This document shows, piece by piece, positions 61,876-64,000 of a stretch of DNA of 64,000 bases. A program made the translations under genes and the position numbers. Location of the stretch: NCBI GenBank assembly GCA_035374585.1, contig DAOSPF010000003.1:2746-66745 (forward strand), in the 5' to 3' direction. The notes below the pieces were generated by a model that saw only the letters and a program-made list of their open reading frames with translations, ran no database searches and was not told the DNA's origin. Positions within the stretch are counted from its first letter, which is position 1. Each line of letters opens with the position of its first letter. Source of the stretch: Bacteroidales bacterium. GTDB lineage: Bacteria > Bacteroidota > Bacteroidia > Bacteroidales > DTGW01.

Positions 61876-64000
61876 ATGGAAGCAAATTTTAAAAGGCTTG
61901 TTATTGCAGCATATCGGTTGCCCTTTAAGTTTAGCAAAACTAAAAATGGCTATAAAACCATGCAAAACTCGGGAGGTTTGGTTTCAGCCATACTGGCCTT
62001 ATCTGAAAAATTTAAAAAGAGCAAAGACTTTCGGGTAAACGAAAAAATACTGTGGGCAGGTATTGACAATAATATCCCCGATGATTTCCCGTCTGATAAA
62101 CTTAACAACAAGCATTTCAATATCTGTCCGGTACATATACCTGCCAATACTAATGAGTTGTATTACGGAGGCTTTTGCAATGACCTTATATGGCCGCTGT
62201 TTCATTATTTTCCTACCTACAGTGTATTTAACAACAACTACTTTAAAGCATACGAAGAAGCAAATACCTTATTTTGCAACGAAATAATTAAGGTAATAAA
62301 ACCGGGCGACTTTATTTGGATACATGATTATCAACTGCTTTTGTTGCCTGAAATGCTCAGAAAAAAGATGCCCGATGTAACTATTGGTTTCTTTTTGCAC
62401 ATCCCCTTCCCTTCTTTTGAAATATTCAGGCTTTTGCCACGCAAATGGCGCGAAAGTATTATCAACGGTATGCTTGGCGCCGATTTGGTTGGCTTTCACA
62501 CACATGACTATACCCAGCATTTCATCAAATGCGTTAAACGTACCACTGGTTTTGAATGCCATCAAAACGTGATACTTACGCCCAATAAACTCGTAAAAGC
62601 TGATGCCTTCCCCATTGGTATTGATTTTGACAAGTTTCACGGCGCATGTTTTGACAAACCTGTTGTAAAAGAAAAAGAGCAAATAAAAAAACAGCTTTCA
62701 GGCCAAAAACTTGTATTTTCGGTGGACAGGCTCGACTATACCAAAGGGCTTTTGCTCCGACTCAAAGGGTTTGAAACCTTTCTTGAAAAATATCCAGCAT
62801 GGAATGGCAAAGTCATTTTCAATATGGTAGTTGTACCCTCACGCGACAACATCAAACAGTACGAGAAAATGAAAAAAGAGATAGAATCAACCGTAGGCCG
62901 TATTAACGGCAAATACAGTTCATTATCATGGCGGCCTGTTATTTACCAGTATAAATCTTTGTCTTTCAACGAGCTGATAGCCCTTTACGATTTGAGTGAT
63001 GTTGGCCTTATCACCCCTTTGCGCGACGGGATGAACCTGGTGGCCAAAGAATATATTGCCTGTCAAAAAGAAAATAAAGGCGTATTGATACTTAGCGAAA
63101 TGGCTGGTGCTGCTGCCGAATTGACTGAGGCCATCATTATAAACCCTGTTGACAATGATGAAATGGCAGAAGCTATTTGCTCAGCCTTGGAAATGAAAAC
63201 TAACGAAAAGCATGTACGCCTAAAACGCATGCAGGACAGGATTGCCAATTACAACGTCTTCACCTGGGCGTTGGATTTCTTTGCACAAACGGCAGATGCC
63301 AAAATACAACAAAACCAGATGAGTGTTAAATACGTCAACAAACAAATCGTTTCGCAAATAAAAACAAGCTACCTCAATGCTGCCAAACGCATACTATTTC
63401 TTGATTATGATGGAACTCTGGTGTCGTTTGCCAAATACCCTGAGCTGGCCATCATTGATAAAAAAACCCTATCTATCATTAACCAATTGTCAAAAGACCC
63501 TAAAAACACTGTAGTTATCATTAGTGGCAGGGACAAAAACTTTCTCGAAAAACAGTTTGAAGGGCTTGATGTGACCCTGGTTGCCGAGCATGGATATTTT
63601 GAAAAAAAACACGGGAAGGATTGGAAAGAAACCGTAAATACCGCTTCAAACTGGAAAAGCATTGTCATGCCAATACTTAAAGAATATGTCAACCGTTGTA
63701 ACGGGTCATTTATTGAAGAAAAAACGGGCAGCTTAGCCTGGCATTACCGAAATGCCGAGATGGACTTTGCACAACTCAGGTTGCACGAACTGCGTGATGA
63801 CCTTGCCGAGATAATACGGCACAAAACCGACCTTGAGATATTGGAAGGCAACAAAGTACTCGAAATCAAAAGCGGGAAATACGATAAAGGACAAACAGCC
63901 GCCAACCTGCTCAAAAACAAAAACTACGAATTTATCCTGGCCGCAGGCGATGATAAAACAGACGAAACCATGTTTTCGGCATTGCCAGCCGAAACATTTT
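61876..64000 (+). CDS. otsA/otsB: bifunctional trehalose-6-phosphate synthase / trehalose-6-phosphate phosphatase (OtsA-OtsB fusion), open at window end
   Basis: My own translation from ATG 61876: MEANFKRLVIAAYRLPFKF...FLHIPFPSFEIFRLLP...VDRLDYTKG...PLRDGMNLVAKEY (GT20), then ILFLDYDGTLV...AAGDDKTDE (HAD phosphatase). Not in the ORF track because it runs off position 64000. Confidence 0.9.
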   Translation, partial: MEANFKRLVIAAYRLPFKFSKTKNGYKTMQNSGGLVSAILALSEKFKKSKDFRVNEKILWAGIDNNIPDDFPSDKLNNKHFNICPVHIPANTNELYYGGFCNDLIWPLFHYFPTYSVFNNNYFKAYEEANTLFCNEIIKVIKPGDFIWIHDYQLLLLPEMLRKKMPDVTIGFFLHIPFPSFEIFRLLPRKWRESIINGMLGADLVGFHTHDYTQHFIKCVKRTTGFECHQNVILTPNKLVKADAFPIGIDFDKFHGACFDKPVVKEKEQIKKQLSGQKLVFSVDRLDYTKGLLLRLKGFETFLEKYPAWNGKVIFNMVVVPSRDNIKQYEKMKKEIESTVGRINGKYSSLSWRPVIYQYKSLSFNELIALYDLSDVGLITPLRDGMNLVAKEYIACQKENKGVLILSEMAGAAAELTEAIIINPVDNDEMAEAICSALEMKTNEKHVRLKRMQDRIANYNVFTWALDFFAQTADAKIQQNQMSVKYVNKQIVSQIKTSYLNAAKRILFLDYDGTLVSFAKYPELAIIDKKTLSIINQLSKDPKNTVVIISGRDKNFLEKQFEGLDVTLVAEHGYFEKKHGKDWKETVNTASNWKSIVMPILKEYVNRCNGSFIEEKTGSLAWHYRNAEMDFAQLRLHELRDDLAEIIRHKTDLEILEGNKVLEIKSGKYDKGQTAANLLKNKNYEFILAAGDDKTDETMFSALPAETF

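Noticed and set aside
62269-62682. 137-aa minus-strand ORF, plus other short ORFs, at 61950-63692.
   Set aside because: All lie antisense or out of frame within the continuous OtsA-OtsB reading frame, which has unmistakable GT20 and HAD motifs.
1-64000. A search by eye for tRNA, rRNA, CRISPR arrays, integrases, transposases, toxin-antitoxin pairs and known defence genes.
   Set aside because: I recognised none. There are no T-loop GGTTCGAATCC-like sequences outside CDSs, no regularly spaced direct repeats of 25-40 nt, and no recombinase-like ORFs. A covariance-model scan (tRNAscan-SE, Infernal) would be needed to exclude small RNAs rigorously.

Overview
This is a 64-kb chromosomal window from an AT-rich member of the Bacteroidota. 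Supporting signs are Bacteroides-type TAnnTTTG -7 boxes, a SusC-like receptor, PorT, and three proteins with type IX secretion (T9SS) C-terminal sorting domains. It holds about 55 intact CDSs with short intergenic gaps. Contents, in order:
- Housekeeping genes: mutS2, metA, nth, dapA, an aspartase-like lyase, rsmI, a murF-alr fusion, ubiE and yicC.
- An LPS-core/O-antigen-ligase cluster containing a GT9-GT4 fusion.
- A TetR-controlled TolC/HlyD/ABC-2 efflux operon resembling ybhGFSR.
- A nitrogen island: a TorF-like porin, two P-II genes and three Amt transporters.
- A cluster of outer-membrane lipoprotein and beta-barrel genes of unknown function.
- A PAS-LuxR/pentapeptide-repeat pair, two T9SS-secreted carbohydrate esterases, a TetR/esterase pair, and a GH15-DUF389-otsAB trehalose cluster.

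I saw no rRNA, tRNA, CRISPR array, integrase, transposase or recognisable defence genes. I therefore read this as mostly core genome, not a mobile island, and I did not find a convincing novel multi-gene system.

The structure not explained by gene annotation is mostly non-coding:
1. A ~225-bp hairpin-dense element with terminal inverted repeats, present as two inverted copies plus one solo end.
2. Degenerate 7-nt-periodic, stop-codon-rich arrays at many gene boundaries.
3. A 22-nt block placed identically upstream of two non-homologous nitrogen-island genes.
4. Almost pure A/T upstream islands in that cluster.
5. An exact 13-mer and related repeats at two unrelated loci.
6. A ~0.8-kb inverted esterase duplication with long identical patches.

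All protein calls rest on motifs I recognised by eye in the supplied translations. No database search was run.
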